Positions 14,301-27,400 of a stretch of 64,000 bases of DNA are shown piece after piece. Numbering within the stretch: the stretch's first letter is position 1; each line of letters starts with the position of its first letter. The position numbers and the translations under genes were made by a program. Source of the DNA: Tubiluchus corallicola (taxonomy: Eukaryota; Animalia; Priapulida); contig JAQGDQ010000610.1 in assembly GCA_030141605.1 (NCBI GenBank), forward strand, positions 64,639 through 128,638, given 5' to 3'. Under the pieces are notes generated by a model. The model saw only the letters and a program-made list of their open reading frames with translations, was not told the DNA's origin and did not search any database.

Positions 14301-14675
14301 TAAAAGTGAGCATCGAAATTTAAATTTGATTCGGAAAAGTTTTTAAAGTTTAAATTCTGTTCGAACTTAAAATTATGGATTCGAATAATTCAGCGCTTTA
14401 ACTACAAAAGTTGTTTATCATTAAAGTGCGTGAAACGTCATGCAAATCGGCACAATCTAGCTGTGATTTCTGTGCACAACTTTTAAACGCATTATTGGCA
14501 TCTTTACAGCAGAACAAAATCAAGCAATATGCATGATCTTTGTGAGACTGTCTTTTGTTAATCATTCGACAATCTTTAAAACTGGATTTCGGAATCTCTT
14601 AAATTTGCTTTGATTCGAGTTTAACGGTCACGAATTTGATTCGTATTCGCTTTTAGACAGAGTGTGCTCACTCTA
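14301..14675. mobile_element. hAT-type MITE rich in TTCGA(A/T) motifs
   Basis: TIR taaaagtgagca / tgctcactcta, 8-bp TSD gctgccac/gctggcac; relatives at about 15736-16418, 48254-48597 and 51240-51440. Confidence 0.6.
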
Positions 14676-14865
14676 GCTGGCACACTTTCTGATTATCGGT
14701 CAACGCCGAAAAAATATGCATCGGCGAATGACTAGTTCAAAATGCTAGCAAACAGCTATCAACCAGATTCATCAAAATACCTAACCCGTACCAGTCACAT
14801 CTACATTTGTGTTTCAGTGCATACTAGTATAACTATAATACTAATCCGGGTCAAAGGCTACGTAG

Positions 14866-14871
14866 TTTATT
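14866..14871 (-). terminator. Candidate poly(A) signal AATAAA of MRPS2
   Basis: tttatt on + strand about 40 nt past the stop codon. Confidence 0.35.
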
Positions 14872-14910
14872 GCATGTCTACTAACAATATTAATAAAAAC
14901 ACGCCGTGGG

Positions 14911-15602
14911 TCACGAGGACGCCTCGGGTAAACCTAATTGTTTTCTAGTTTCTTTCTCTACTTCCTTCCGTTTGGCTTTTCCGTGCAACACGGCTTCCTT
15001 GAACAGTTTACAGTATAGCTCTATTGCGCATAACGTGTCGTCGTTCCCGGGCACGGGGTATGTAATGAGATTTGGATCGCAGTTTGTGTCCACGACACCG
15101 ACGGTCGGTATCATCATTTTTGCCGCGTGACTCACGGCAACGTGCGTCTCCAACACGGAATTCTGCGTGTTCAGAAAAATGATCAAATCCGGGAGTCGAG
15201 TGACGATGCCGAATTCCGCTTTTGAGTTTGTAAGTACACCGTGCTTCCAGTACCGACAGTGTGCGTACTCGCCGCACTCCCGTGCGGTGTTTTCGATGAG
15301 AACAATGGTGGCGGGACTGCGGCTGACAAATAATATTATCCCTTTCCTGTAAGCCATGTGCGAGATAAAGTTCAACGCATCTTGCAGCAGGGGAACTGTC
15401 TGTTCTAGATCTACGATCAGATGACTTAGTCGCTGACCAAAGATAAACTGTTTCATGTTTCTGTGCATGCTGCCCAGTTTGTGACCGAGGTGTACACGAT
15501 TGTCGAACAAGTCTTGCAGGGTGAACAGGTTGCGAACTGAAAAGAAATCGTCTTCTTGCAGCGACTTTGTCAAAATCAACGATTCGAGTTTATCTTCGAC
15601 AT
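14911..15602 (-). CDS. MRPS2: MRPS2 last coding exon (uS2 domain)
   Basis: ORF 14911..15579 extended to the tttcag acceptor at 15603-15604. Confidence 0.95.
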
Positions 15603-18320
15603 CTGAAAGCAGTTAATAAAAGTATTGATCGTAGCTACAAGGTGAACAAACGGGCATTTAATAGTAGAATGTGAAGTGCTTTTCTTCATTATAGTAAAAA
15701 ACTGTATTTTGTGAGTTATGATCTATCTTCTTGGTTAGAGACGAGCATCGAAACGAGTTTTTCTCCAAATTTGATTCAAATTTTAAATTAAGGATTCGAA
15801 TAATTTAGCAGTTCTATGGTCTTGATCGAATTTGTGACTTTCGAAATCGAATCATACCGAATTTCAAGATTTCAAATCCAAATCGAATTCATTGGTAAAA
15901 TTTTCGAATCATTAATGAAAACTGGTCTCGCAAAGATTTTGCATGTTGGTTGATTTTGTTCTGGAGTAAAAATACTAATAATTTGTTTAAAAATTGTGAG
16001 CGTAAAAATTTATTGTTCATTATTGCAGCTTGCTTTAATACTTTCAGTTTTACGATGTCTAGAATATGGGTGAGCATTCTGTAGCAGCAGTGACTTTGAA
16101 TCGAATTTGTGACTTTCAAAATCGAATCAAATCGAATCCGAATCCAGTTTTGAAGATTTTTGACTAGATTTTTAAATCACTAATAAAAAGCAGCCTCACT
16201 AAGATCATGTATAGTACTTGATTTTGTTCTGCACCAAAAGCATTAGTAAAATGTAATATGTATGTATATAATATATACACTAGAAATATGTTTAAAAATT
16301 GTGCGCAGAAAATGTAGCTATCCTTTGTAGAATGATAAAGAATGCTTGTAGTTCAAATGGTGAACCATTCGAACCCATAATATTAGGTTCAAACTCGAAC
16401 GTTCGATGGTCACCCCTAACCAGAACGGAAAAGTTAGGAAAGCAGTTTATATTCCACTTATACTGAAGCTTCCAAATACGGACAAATACGTAGCCGAATG
16501 AGAAGACCACACTTACGTTGCACTAACAGGGTTTATTTAAATATCTTATTCAGAAAGTAATAATTTTTCAGTCTGAATTATAAAGGTTAAATTATAATTA
16601 TACGCTTTTCCGAAGTGCAAAGTAATAATGTCATAATGAAACACTTTTCCTTACCCTCCTGGACTAATGCTTCTTCCTCTTTTACCAAATTTTGTTGCCT
16701 TCCTGGAGGAGAAACAAGAGCACCAATCGATGTCACACTTCTTAAAAATGTCTGACGTTGGAAACTGCACCACAACATAGAACTTGTGCATCTTAAAAAT
16801 CCTGGGAAAAGTAGAAAGCTAGGATTAACACACTTCCAGGGTTCCAACAGAATTTTAAAATAAATTTCCTTGAATTTTCCCTGACTAAATATTGATTTTC
16901 CATGACCAAAATTAGCAGAAATTATATTATCAATAAACACATCCAAACATTTTTGTGTACGGACATCCTAACATATACTGATATATAATGTGTCGGCCAA
17001 TCATTATTTTTGGAACAGAAATTGAAACTGGAAGCCTTGCATAGCAAAATTTTATTTGAACACGAATCGCTGAAAAATATGTTAAGAAAAATATCGGTTC
17101 ACGATGATTATTTTTGCACCGTCTCAAATTTACTTAAGTTTTCACCCCATTTTTGTCATTTTCCCTGACTTTTTATCAAATCATCTTTTCCCCTGATTTT
17201 TTCCATGAATTTCCAGGATATTTTCAAGAATTTTCTGACCGTGAGAACCCTGCACTTCGGTGCAATGCAAGTCAGAATTTCAAATGCCAAGAGCAACAGC
17301 AGAGTACACCAATGTTGATGTTTGTGACGAGACTGAAACCTAGCTTTCCATCAAGTCTAAGCAGCCTTCAAATCTCAGATGAGATGGTGCATCGACAAAG
17401 ATATCTTAGTAGAATTCTGATGCAAATATGTGTCCTCCTTCTATGAGGTAAACAGTCAGAATCAGCATGGCAAATAAAAAACCTAGAGCGAGTATTGAAC
17501 CCAGTCAAGAACTATTCACTAGCCAATCTAACTGCACAGCTGCTATACTGACATGATGGTAACACTTAATATTTAGAGAGTGAGTCAGGGTTGCCGTTTA
17601 TATGAAAATTATCAGAATATACAATAATTTGAGGTGCCAAACTCTACAAAAAAGAGATTGTACGATAATCGATAACTTAGATTGTAGTACTAAATCTTCT
17701 TGACGTAGTTCCAAAGGACTTTGGATAATTTTGTAATTCATCATTGACGATACGAAACAATAACAAAAGTTTGAAAAAACTGTGCATTGAAAACACAAGT
17801 GGTTGCAGTTTCTTGAAAAAAGCAGTAATTTCAAAAAAGAATGGCCCTGATGACGACGATAAAGCTTGATTCTGCACATGTACAAATTAGCGACGACATT
17901 TTACAGTGTGTAAATAAACTTATTTTGACACTTGTAATGCCACTTTTCATGGTATCAAGTACATAATCATACGTCAATAATAACATTTAATAATTTGCCG
18001 CAAATACGTAATAATCTTGGGCTAAAATACATTAACTTTCAGCTTCCAATTCAATGATCAGCATCATACAAAACGGCAACCCTGCAGTGAACAAGCAGAG
18101 TATTGCAAGCTTTTTTTGTTACAACACATGCAGCTAAACTGAAAGTGAAACCAGCTTCTGTCAGAAAATTGATGTGAATTGCAAAACATTTCAACTGAAA
18201 ACTCATTAGACACAGTGAAGCAAATAAAAAAACGCAAATTTTGAATTACATTACAACACGGTAAATATGATAAAATTTCTCTACAATTCTTATTTGAAAC
18301 TCACCTGTAAACAGCGCCAT
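14911..18320 (-). CDS. MRPS2: Mitochondrial ribosomal protein S2 (uS2m); exons 18320-18305, 16801-16655, 15602-14911
   Basis: uS2 motifs [21 protein letters not shown] and [25 protein letters not shown]. Phase-1 junctions join to 855 nt (284 aa). The N-terminus [13 protein letters not shown]... is Arg/Ser-rich like a mitochondrial presequence. An in-frame ATG two codons upstream (18326) is an alternative start. Confidence 0.92.
16655..16801 (-). CDS. MRPS2: MRPS2 exon 2
   Basis: ttcccag acceptor, gtaagg donor, phase 1 to 1. Confidence 0.8.
18305..18320 (-). CDS. MRPS2: MRPS2 first coding exon (MALFT)
   Basis: aaaATGGCG start context, gtgagt donor, phase 1. Confidence 0.7.
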
Positions 18321-20025
18321 TTTCATAACTGTTTATGCAAAATTGTAGCAGTTGGCGCACCCGAAAAGTCAAGACATTTTTCACGCCGATAACATTTTCT
18401 GAATAGTCTATCTATTATCTATCCAATAGAATTTATTAAATTAGATTTAGTTTGTTTTGTAATCATGAAGATCGATATACGGTCAGGGAATGCGGGATTG
18501 TAATTTGTGGTTTTTCATTTGTTCAAAAAACTCTTACACAAAGAGTTTCGTCTTTCACATTGCTCTGGGACCTTCACGTCTATCCATCTATTCAAATGTG
18601 CAATAGCTGGAACCATGCAATAAAGTCAGATGACTGAATCTGGAACTTTTCCTCACATTTCTTCATGCTAACGATAATTGTTGCGACATACTAAATGGCG
18701 GTATTTGCGTGATGTTTCTTTTATGTATTACTCTACATCTTTCCTCACACAAATGAATTAATTTTGCTCGTTGACTGGCACCATCAAAATGTGAATATAT
18801 GAAAAAAATTTAGTGTCAAAAATTTTTTATACTAGCTCAATAATGGTGCTAGCTAGAAACCATGGAAAAATTATAGAAGAACAACGTATAAACAGCAACA
18901 TTGTTGCAGCTTTGTTTTTTATTTCAGATACATTTCAGTGCCATATCAAAATAATGGTCTCTCACAACAATAGGCACAACCACGCAACCAGACTTATTTA
19001 TAACAATACATCTGCTAGCCAATAAAAAAGTGAGATCCAGGCATGGGATAAATAACTTTATAAGGTAACAGTTCTAACAAAAAATAGCTATGATAATTAT
19101 TAGTATCATTTTTATCTCATGTATGTAAAAATACTTAACATAAAAAAGTGAAATCTTCATGCTGCAATTTAAAAATAATTGTTTTTAAAATATGTACATG
19201 TACAAACAATATCGAAATTTATAGTTCACCAACAAAGGTATCCTTACTTAAATGTGTATAAAAAAATTACATGTATAATTTACCCTAAAAAATATCGACA
19301 TCAACATGTAGAAAGGTGGATCGTCAAACACACATTTTCAATAGTAATTTACAAATATAAATAAATACCTTTTGCTAAAATAAAAAATTATACACATGTA
19401 CCAAACGGTTGGCCTACATAAATACAAAAATTTAAATTACTACAAAAACTGCTATTGCTATTGATATCAATACTCACTGCCATAAATAAAGGAAGAATAA
19501 ACAATTTAATAAAGGAAGTAGGATAAGAACGTTTTGTTTTCTTAAGTATAATTCCAAAATGCCTTATTGCACGTCCTATTAGACTATGGATACTAGAGTC
19601 ATATCTTTTAAACATAAGGGAAATAAATTAAATCTTCTAATATAATCTTCTAATATTAAATCTTCTAATATAAGACACAGAGGTACTTAAAAGAGCTGAC
19701 CTCCCCAGCATCCATACACTCCTCCTCAAAACGGTGGGCAGGAAAAAAGAAGTTGTTTGCTTTCATTTGATATGAGATATATTTATTGATTTCTTGTATT
19801 GTATCTTTACATTACTGTACCTGTTTTACCATAAATTTATGCATATAGTATAACTATTATTATTATTCACAATGTAACCTCGTATATTCAATTCTCTAGA
19901 ATTTTTCGCTTACTATTTTTCCTCCCTTTAAAAATTTGACTAGATTAAATATACATTTCTGCTACTTAGTACTTAATTTAATACCAAATCTATTTTTAAT
20001 ACTATAATGTTTATATATGTATGAG

Positions 20026-20056
<31 letters not shown>

Positions 20057-20061
<5 letters not shown>

Positions 20062-20221
20062 TCACTTGGTCAGCTGCCCCAAAATACAAGTTTACTTACA
20101 GGCTCATGACATTTTTTAGGTGTTTGTATATATATATATATATATATATACAAACACCTAAAAAATGTCATGAGGCTGTAAGTAAACTTGTATTTTGGGG
20201 CAGCTGACCAAGTGACCAATA
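20057..20221. repeat. Near-perfect palindrome centred on (TA)n
   Basis: About 70-bp arms, one mismatch seen. Confidence 0.92.
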
Positions 20222-20534
20222 GGTCTTTCACTGCTCCTCAGCTGCAATGAAATGTAAAAATAATTATGACGAATTTTAACTGCTATTGAGAAAATAAAAT
20301 TGAATTGAATTGAACAGATGCAGCGGTGTAATCTATCAGTATTCTTAGCGACTACAAGTGTAAATATCGTGGTACAAGTAACAGCATAGAGTTAATTTCG
20401 ACGAAGAGAACCTAAAGCACAAAAACCTATCTTTTAAAGCTGTTGTAGCCTTTGCAGTGCATATTAAGCTAGAGACTGATGAGTATCATACTTTTAGTAA
20501 TACTACAAACAACGGCTAATAGAGTCAGTCAGTT

Positions 20535-21021
20535 TAGGGTTACCATACGTCCGGGTTTCCCTGGAAACTTCTTCTTTTTGGGCTTCTGTCCGGGCGGGTT
20601 TTCAAAAAACTGGCAGTTTGTCCGGGTTTGCAAGTATGTACGGACGTTGCCAACTGCAGAGCCGTACGACAGTACAAGACAAAGAAAAGCTCGTATTCGA
20701 TGACGACTTAAAATGACGTCAGCTTCCGGGAGCCATTTTGTTTGTTTTTATGTGAATTTCTGTAAATTCATATAGTTTTGCTGTTTAGAGCAACTGGTAA
20801 AGGTTAACTAGAAAGTAGCAATGCCGAAATGACAGTGTGCATTTACAGATGAAATGAAGGCCAAGTACCCGTGTTTTCGCGCAGGTCGATATTACTGGGA
20901 AGCCGAATGCTCGACATGTGGTGGCGGAACTTTTAATACACTCTAGACTGGTCATTTTTGCCTACTTACAAGTGTGCGAAAAAGTGTCCTCTTTTTCAAC
21001 TCAGAGAATATGGTAACCCTA
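20535..21021 (+). mobile_element. hAT (Blackjack-like) deletion derivative
   Basis: TIR tagggttaccata / tatggtaacccta, 8-bp TSD agtcagtt/agtcggtt, degenerate transposase N-terminus MPK*QCAFTDEMKAKYPCF...EAECSTC at 20821. Confidence 0.8.
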
Positions 21022-21243
21022 AGTCGGTTAAATGGGTCAAAACGCTTCTATCTCAAAATGAGTCTGTTAAGCAGTGCCTACTGCAGTTGTTATTACCATA
21101 TTAACTGTTAAAAATCATTTTAAGTCTCGGATGATATTTTCTCTGTTCCTAAAAAATGTTTGATTCTTCTGAATCCCGATTTCTCATCCAATCACTAGGT
21201 TTGGAATGCACGGCACCAAAGGAGACTGTTTTCGACCAAATCA

Positions 21244-21421
21244 TCATATTGGCACATTAGGTAATTGCGGGTTTGAGGCATTAGAGTTAACATTTGTTTC
21301 ACCTTCTATGACGGACGGCCCAGCGGATGGTTCTGAAATACTAGATGTGACGTCTAGACCACTCGACATGTCTCTGCGTGAGCGGACTTCGGATAGATAA
21401 TGCCTCGACTTCGTTCTGTAA
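21244..21421 (-). CDS. Cadherin exon 19 (cytoplasmic tail)
   Basis: Strong acceptor cattgttcccatttgtttag; phase 2 gives YYRTKSRHYL...PQLPNVPI*. Confidence 0.62.
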
Positions 21422-24400
21422 CTAAACAAATGGGAACAATGATAAGTTTAGTGCATTTCCCAAATCTAAAACTAGTAGTGGATGGACAAATTTAAATGAC
21501 AGCAAAAATTAAAGGAAAGGTCAAGCCTTCTGGGAAGTTTGGCTCATTTCAGTGTTCGCAAAAAATGTTAGAAAGATTTAGTAATAAAAGTGTGATAAGC
21601 GTCTCGCGTAATTCCTGAAATAATGTGGAACTGGCGATGCTTGAAGGTGCATCCGTAACTGTGTTAGTACCATCCATAACAGTTTGATATGTGTGCTTGC
21701 ACAGCGAAAACGTCCATAACTGTTACTAGTTATTCACATATTCTGAATATCCATTTCATGAAGATCATTTTGATACCAAGCTTATCGCTCTATGTTATTT
21801 CTAAGCTGAGATAACGTTGAACATGAGGTGCAGGCTACGCACCGAAAAATGTAATCTTGAGAAAAACGAACGTTAAAGTCAGCCATTTACAAGACACCTA
21901 GCAACCGTACAAATGTTGGTTGCTATGAACTTTGCAAGAACACATTGAAGTTATGTTTAAATCCAGTAGATGGCTCTTCCTGATGAAGATCTTGGCTTAT
22001 CGACAGAAAAACCCTGAAGCAAAATGGCTGCTTCCACGAGCCACAATCGCAGTTTTACGTAATACAAGTTTTTTTACAATTGCAGTACTAGTTTCTAGAC
22101 AGTTTCTATTTCATGCAGATAATTTGGTCAAAAGCTTATCATTATACATAATTGTACATAATAGTACGTAATAGTACATAGTCATAGTCATCAATGTATA
22201 TAATTTCTAAGCTGAGATAATCCACATTGAAGTTGAGCTGCAGGCTGTACACTAAATAACATAATCTTGAGAAAATCGTTATTAAGGTTAGCCATTGTTT
22301 TTGTTGCGCTTCTTGAAGGCTTGAATAATACACGACACATCTTTTACGACATACTAGAAGCTTGGGGTGCGCATGGTTAGTATACACGCTGAGAAAAGCA
22401 ACTCGCTAACTGGTGATGGTATCAGAGGTTAGGCAAAGAGGTGAAACAAACAAAACAAACATGGTGGGTGAGGGCTAAAAACACAGTTAGATTTACAGAC
22501 AGGTTAGGCGGGATAGCACCCTCATGGTAGAAACAGAAGAGGAAGCTAGTGCTCGGAAGTGATCTCTAGAAGTGATTTCTCTGATATCCGGTGGAAGTTT
22601 GTTCGACAAACGTATTGCTCTGAAGTAGGAGTATAAATAAATATTGACTCTTGCTGATGGCTGAACAAATTTGTTGTCATCTTCAAGAGATGGGGTAAGT
22701 TGGTAATTTATACCTATCCTGTGAAGCGCTATATCATGAAAGATGTTTAGTATCGTTCGTCTAGTGTTTCCCACCCGAGCTCTTCTACAAAAACTCTTGG
22801 CAACCATATGAATGGGCGGTTGCTATGGACTTCGTGAGAGAATAATGCAGTTACATTTGAATTCTGTAGATGACTCTTCCTGACGAACATCTGCACTTGG
22901 CAACAGAAAAAATCGCAAACAAAATGGTTGATTCCGTGAGCTACTATTGCAGTTTGAAAATACTTTGTGAATTTTTTCACAACTGATATTTATTTTCCGG
23001 CATAGAAGCGGGCAAGGGATTACAAAATTAAATTTTTAGTACAGTAAGTCCTCGTTTAATGACTCCGCGTTTAGCAACATTTCGTTTTAACGACGCTGAA
23101 CATTTGACACGTTTTTTTCACTTAACGATGCACGCTTCTTTTTACGACAATGTTTTTACTTGCCGAAAGCCAATTTTCATTTTATCAACAGCTTTTTACT
23201 TAATTTGAAGCACTGAAATGGCACATATTGCGTTATTCTGTTTTAAAAGTGATTTAGTAACGTAAACTGTGCAATTATACATGTTTTCGGTTCCCGACCG
23301 ACTGCAACACCAGCTGCCGAATCTATCAAGCGACATCTGTGAACAAATTTTGTGGGAATGAATTCTATGAGCAACCTGTTCCTATAGCAACCAGAATACC
23401 TAGTAAATGATACAGTACTCTGGTACGATAAAATTTCCAAGGTCGCCTCACGCAGCGCTTGGCTTCAACTCTGCAATGTTTATTGTTTAACGGCTATTTA
23501 GGCTCAAACCTTAATGAAAAAGAAAAGCACTAGTTAGGTACGTATTGGTAAGAAAGAGACGGGGGTTCAAGCAGGCAGAAAGAAATTAATTAGCAGAAAC
23601 CATAAAGAAACTCATAAAACGTTTAATTTATATGATTTAAGCAGCATTGATTTTTGCCTTTGGAACGTATCTCAATTCTAGGGAAGTTTTGGTTTTGTTG
23701 TTTTGCTGAAACGCATTAGTGTCGTTCACCGAGGACTTACTATACTTTTAAAACATTTTACTGACAATTGATACTACAATTTAAAAAGTCCAATATATTT
23801 CAGCATTTGTTTTTCCTAAAAAAACAAACAAAAAAAAAACCAACAACCCAAACCACAACATACTGTGCCGTCTTGAGGATGGTCTCGGTTTGCAAGCGCA
23901 CAAATAGTAGTGCCGAAAGCTAACGAAAAATGCTTACTATTTGGCTATCGACTTCCACTTTCTAAACACATGAAAACCGAAGATCAAAACGCCGACGATC
24001 ATTGTGCAAAGTAGCGCCGTTCCAGCAACTAAACCTGAAAATAACATGTCAAAGATTCATACTGAGACCATAGAAGAGTATAATGCACATACGGACATGC
24101 ATGTTTACTAAGGGTGAACAGTGAACGTTCGAATTCAATTATTCTCCTCAGAAAATATGTACCCATCATAGTTATATAAAGTATGCGACACATAACAAAC
24201 AAGTAGGATTACTATACAAGAAGTAACACACTGCAATGAATTGCACAACCTGCACTATTATATAGACATATAACAAACAAGTACGATTACTATACAAGAA
24301 GTAACACACCACAATGAATTGCACAGCCTGCAGTATTATATAGACATATAACAAACAAGTACGATTACTATACAAGAAGTAACACACCACAATGAATTGC

Positions 24401-27400
24401 ACAACCTGCACTATTATATAGACATATAACAAACAAGTACGATTACTATATAAGAAGCAACACACCACAATGAATTGCACAACCTGCACTATTATATAGA
24501 CATATAACAAACAAGTACGATTACTATACAAGAAGTAACACACCACAATGAATTGCACAACCTGCACTATTACATAGACATATAACAAACAAGTACGATT
24601 ACTATACAAGAAGTAACACACCACAATGAATTGCACAGCCTGCAGTATTATATAGACATATAACAAACAAGTACGATTACTATACAAGAAGTAACACACC
24701 ACAATGAATTGCACAGCCTGCACTATTATATAGACATATAACAAACAAGTACGATTACTATACAAGAAGTAACACACCACAATGAATTGCACAACCTGCA
24801 CTATTATATAGACATATAACAAACAAGTAGGATTACTATACAAGAAGTAACACACCACAATGAATTGCACAACCTGCACTAAAATATAGACATATAACAA
24901 ACAAGTAGGATTACTATACAAGAAGTAACACAACGCAATGAATTGCACAACCTGCACTATTATATAGACATATAACGAACAAGTAGGATTACTATACAAG
25001 AAGTAACACACCACAATGAATTGCACAACCTGCACTATTATATAGACATATAACAAACAAGTAGGATTACTATACAAGAAGTAACACACCACAATGAATT
25101 GCACAGCCTGCACTACTATATAGACATATAACAAACAAGTAGGATTACTATACAAGAAGTAACACACTGCAATGAATTGCACAACCTGCACTATTATATA
25201 GACATACAACAAACAAGTAGGATTACTATACAGGAAGTAACACACCGCAATGAATTGCACAACCTGCACTATTATAGAGACATATAACAAACAAGTATGA
25301 TTACTATACAAGAAGTAACACACCACAATGAGATGCGTAAACTGAATTTTTATAATACATATGGAATGTAACAATCTGTTACCTGTGATAAGTTTATTTG
25401 CTTTCTTTATCCTTGTAGCAAATTCCTCAACGTCTTTCTAAAAAAGTTATAGCAAGTTACAGCATACATTAGATCAAAACAGAAACGTTTAAAAGAAACT
25501 ACAAGTCACCTAGCATGTTGGGCTTGTTGTACAATCAGTTAAAGGAAAACCGGACGATTGTTTAGATTCAATCTCATTTTAATTTATCGCTCGAAATATA
25601 CATTTTCTTGCCTATAAAAGTTAGCAGTTGTTTCTAATATTTGAATAGTTAGCTTAGAAAGTTAATTAATGGCAACCGAGCACAGTTATTGCTTACGTCA
25701 GAAACTAACCACAGTTTCCACAATGGCAGGCATCTTCCCTTGCGTGTCAAGCACATTTGCGTAAGTGTTAAAGTACTGCTTAAACTCGTGATGTCGCAAA
25801 AACAGGTTCTACATCATATCGTCAGAAACTAACACTGCAGTTCATGATCATGGTTATCACGGTACCGCCTTCTATTTGACGGCCACGCGCATGTGGCAAA
25901 AAGGCGCCGCTGCCAATCTTAGTAGATTCACTGAGCCGCGCGTAGCTTTGAAAGTTTAACTAAATTGGAGTATCCGAGGTAATTATCGTTTAATCTAAGC
26001 TTTGATTTAAAATAAGCTATTGTGGTTTTCAATATTTTAGAGCATTCTTTATTCTGAACTAATATTTACACAATTGACCGGTTTTCCGTTAAACCTAAAA
26101 CGTATGTGCAAAACACTATCTATGAAACACGAAGGTAATAAATACAGTTACCGTACAGAAATTTCATGGCACGACGGTAGCTGCCATTCACTTAAAAATT
26201 ATGACGTAATTGGTGAACATAAGTTGCAAAATACTCATTCAAACAGTTACGCATTCCATTACACATGTCTGGTAAAACCACTTTTTTTGTTAATCATTCT
26301 CTACTCATGAGAAATTGAAGATTTTGTTGTTTAACTCTTTTGGGACCGTTAGCGTTTGCTGCATTTTGCGCGAGTTCATGAAAAACTGCTCTCACTAAGC
26401 AGCGATTACGTTACATTTTGGAAAATTTTTGTTCAATATTTTTATTTACATTGGATAATGTAGGTTTCTATTCCTCGCACGATGGACTTTCAAGCAGATT
26501 TATATATGAAATGCATTCGCTTACCTTAGACAAATTAAAAATTGATTTTTGACGAATAAATTAAACAAAGCTTTCAATAACTGCAGTGTTTGCACTGTAA
26601 CAATGTACAGGATCACTTGTGTGAAATCGGCTAATGCAGAAAATTGCAATTTTCGTAAGGATTTTTTGTAATTTTTTCACAAACTGTGGGATTGCAATGA
26701 CATCAAACTTAAGAGTCATTAATAAAAGAATACGATGATAATGAGTGAAAACAGGGGGTGCTGCAGTTTCGCAGTGTCTATACATGAGCTGCCACTGGTG
26801 AACAGCTATGTTGTTGGTAATGTCAGTTTTGATAGTAAAATTGATGTTGATACTGTAGATGTTGCAGTAAGCTGTAGCTACCCGTAGCAGTAATAACATT
26901 TTGTTTTCTTAAAATGTGTGACTGCAAACTAAAACCATCCATAAGTTGGCATAGATAAATCTACGTAGAATACACCAAAAATTTGGTCATATACCATTTT
27001 TTTTGTTTTTTATAAAAACTAATGCTAAATATTTTGGACTTAAATATTTTAGCATCAAATTGTCAAGAAAATCTTTAAAAAATATTAAAAATCAAATTTT
27101 ATAACCCCGTACCCAATTTTCTGACTAGAAACTAGTACTGCAATTGTAAAAAAACTTGCATTTTCAAACTCTGATAGTAGCTCGTGGAAGCAGTCATTCT
27201 GCTTCTGGCTTCTTCTGTTGCCAAGCCCAAATTTTCATTAGAAAGAGCCATCTGCTGGATTTAAAAATAACATCAATGTGTTTTTCTAATGTCCATAGCA
27301 ACCAACATTTGTACGGTTGCTAAGTGTTTTTGACAAAAAACAATGGCTAACTTTATCATTTTCTGAATGTAACGTTTTTCAGGGCGTAGCTTGCATCTCA

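Noticed and set aside
14906-15352. Overlapping short ORFs on and opposite MRPS2
   Set aside because: Shadow frames of a GC-richer coding exon.
21341-21508. Helitron 3' end (CTAG|T)
   Set aside because: Better explained as cadherin acceptor and exon 19 sequence that was locally duplicated; the second copy is not followed by T and no clear terminal hairpin is seen.
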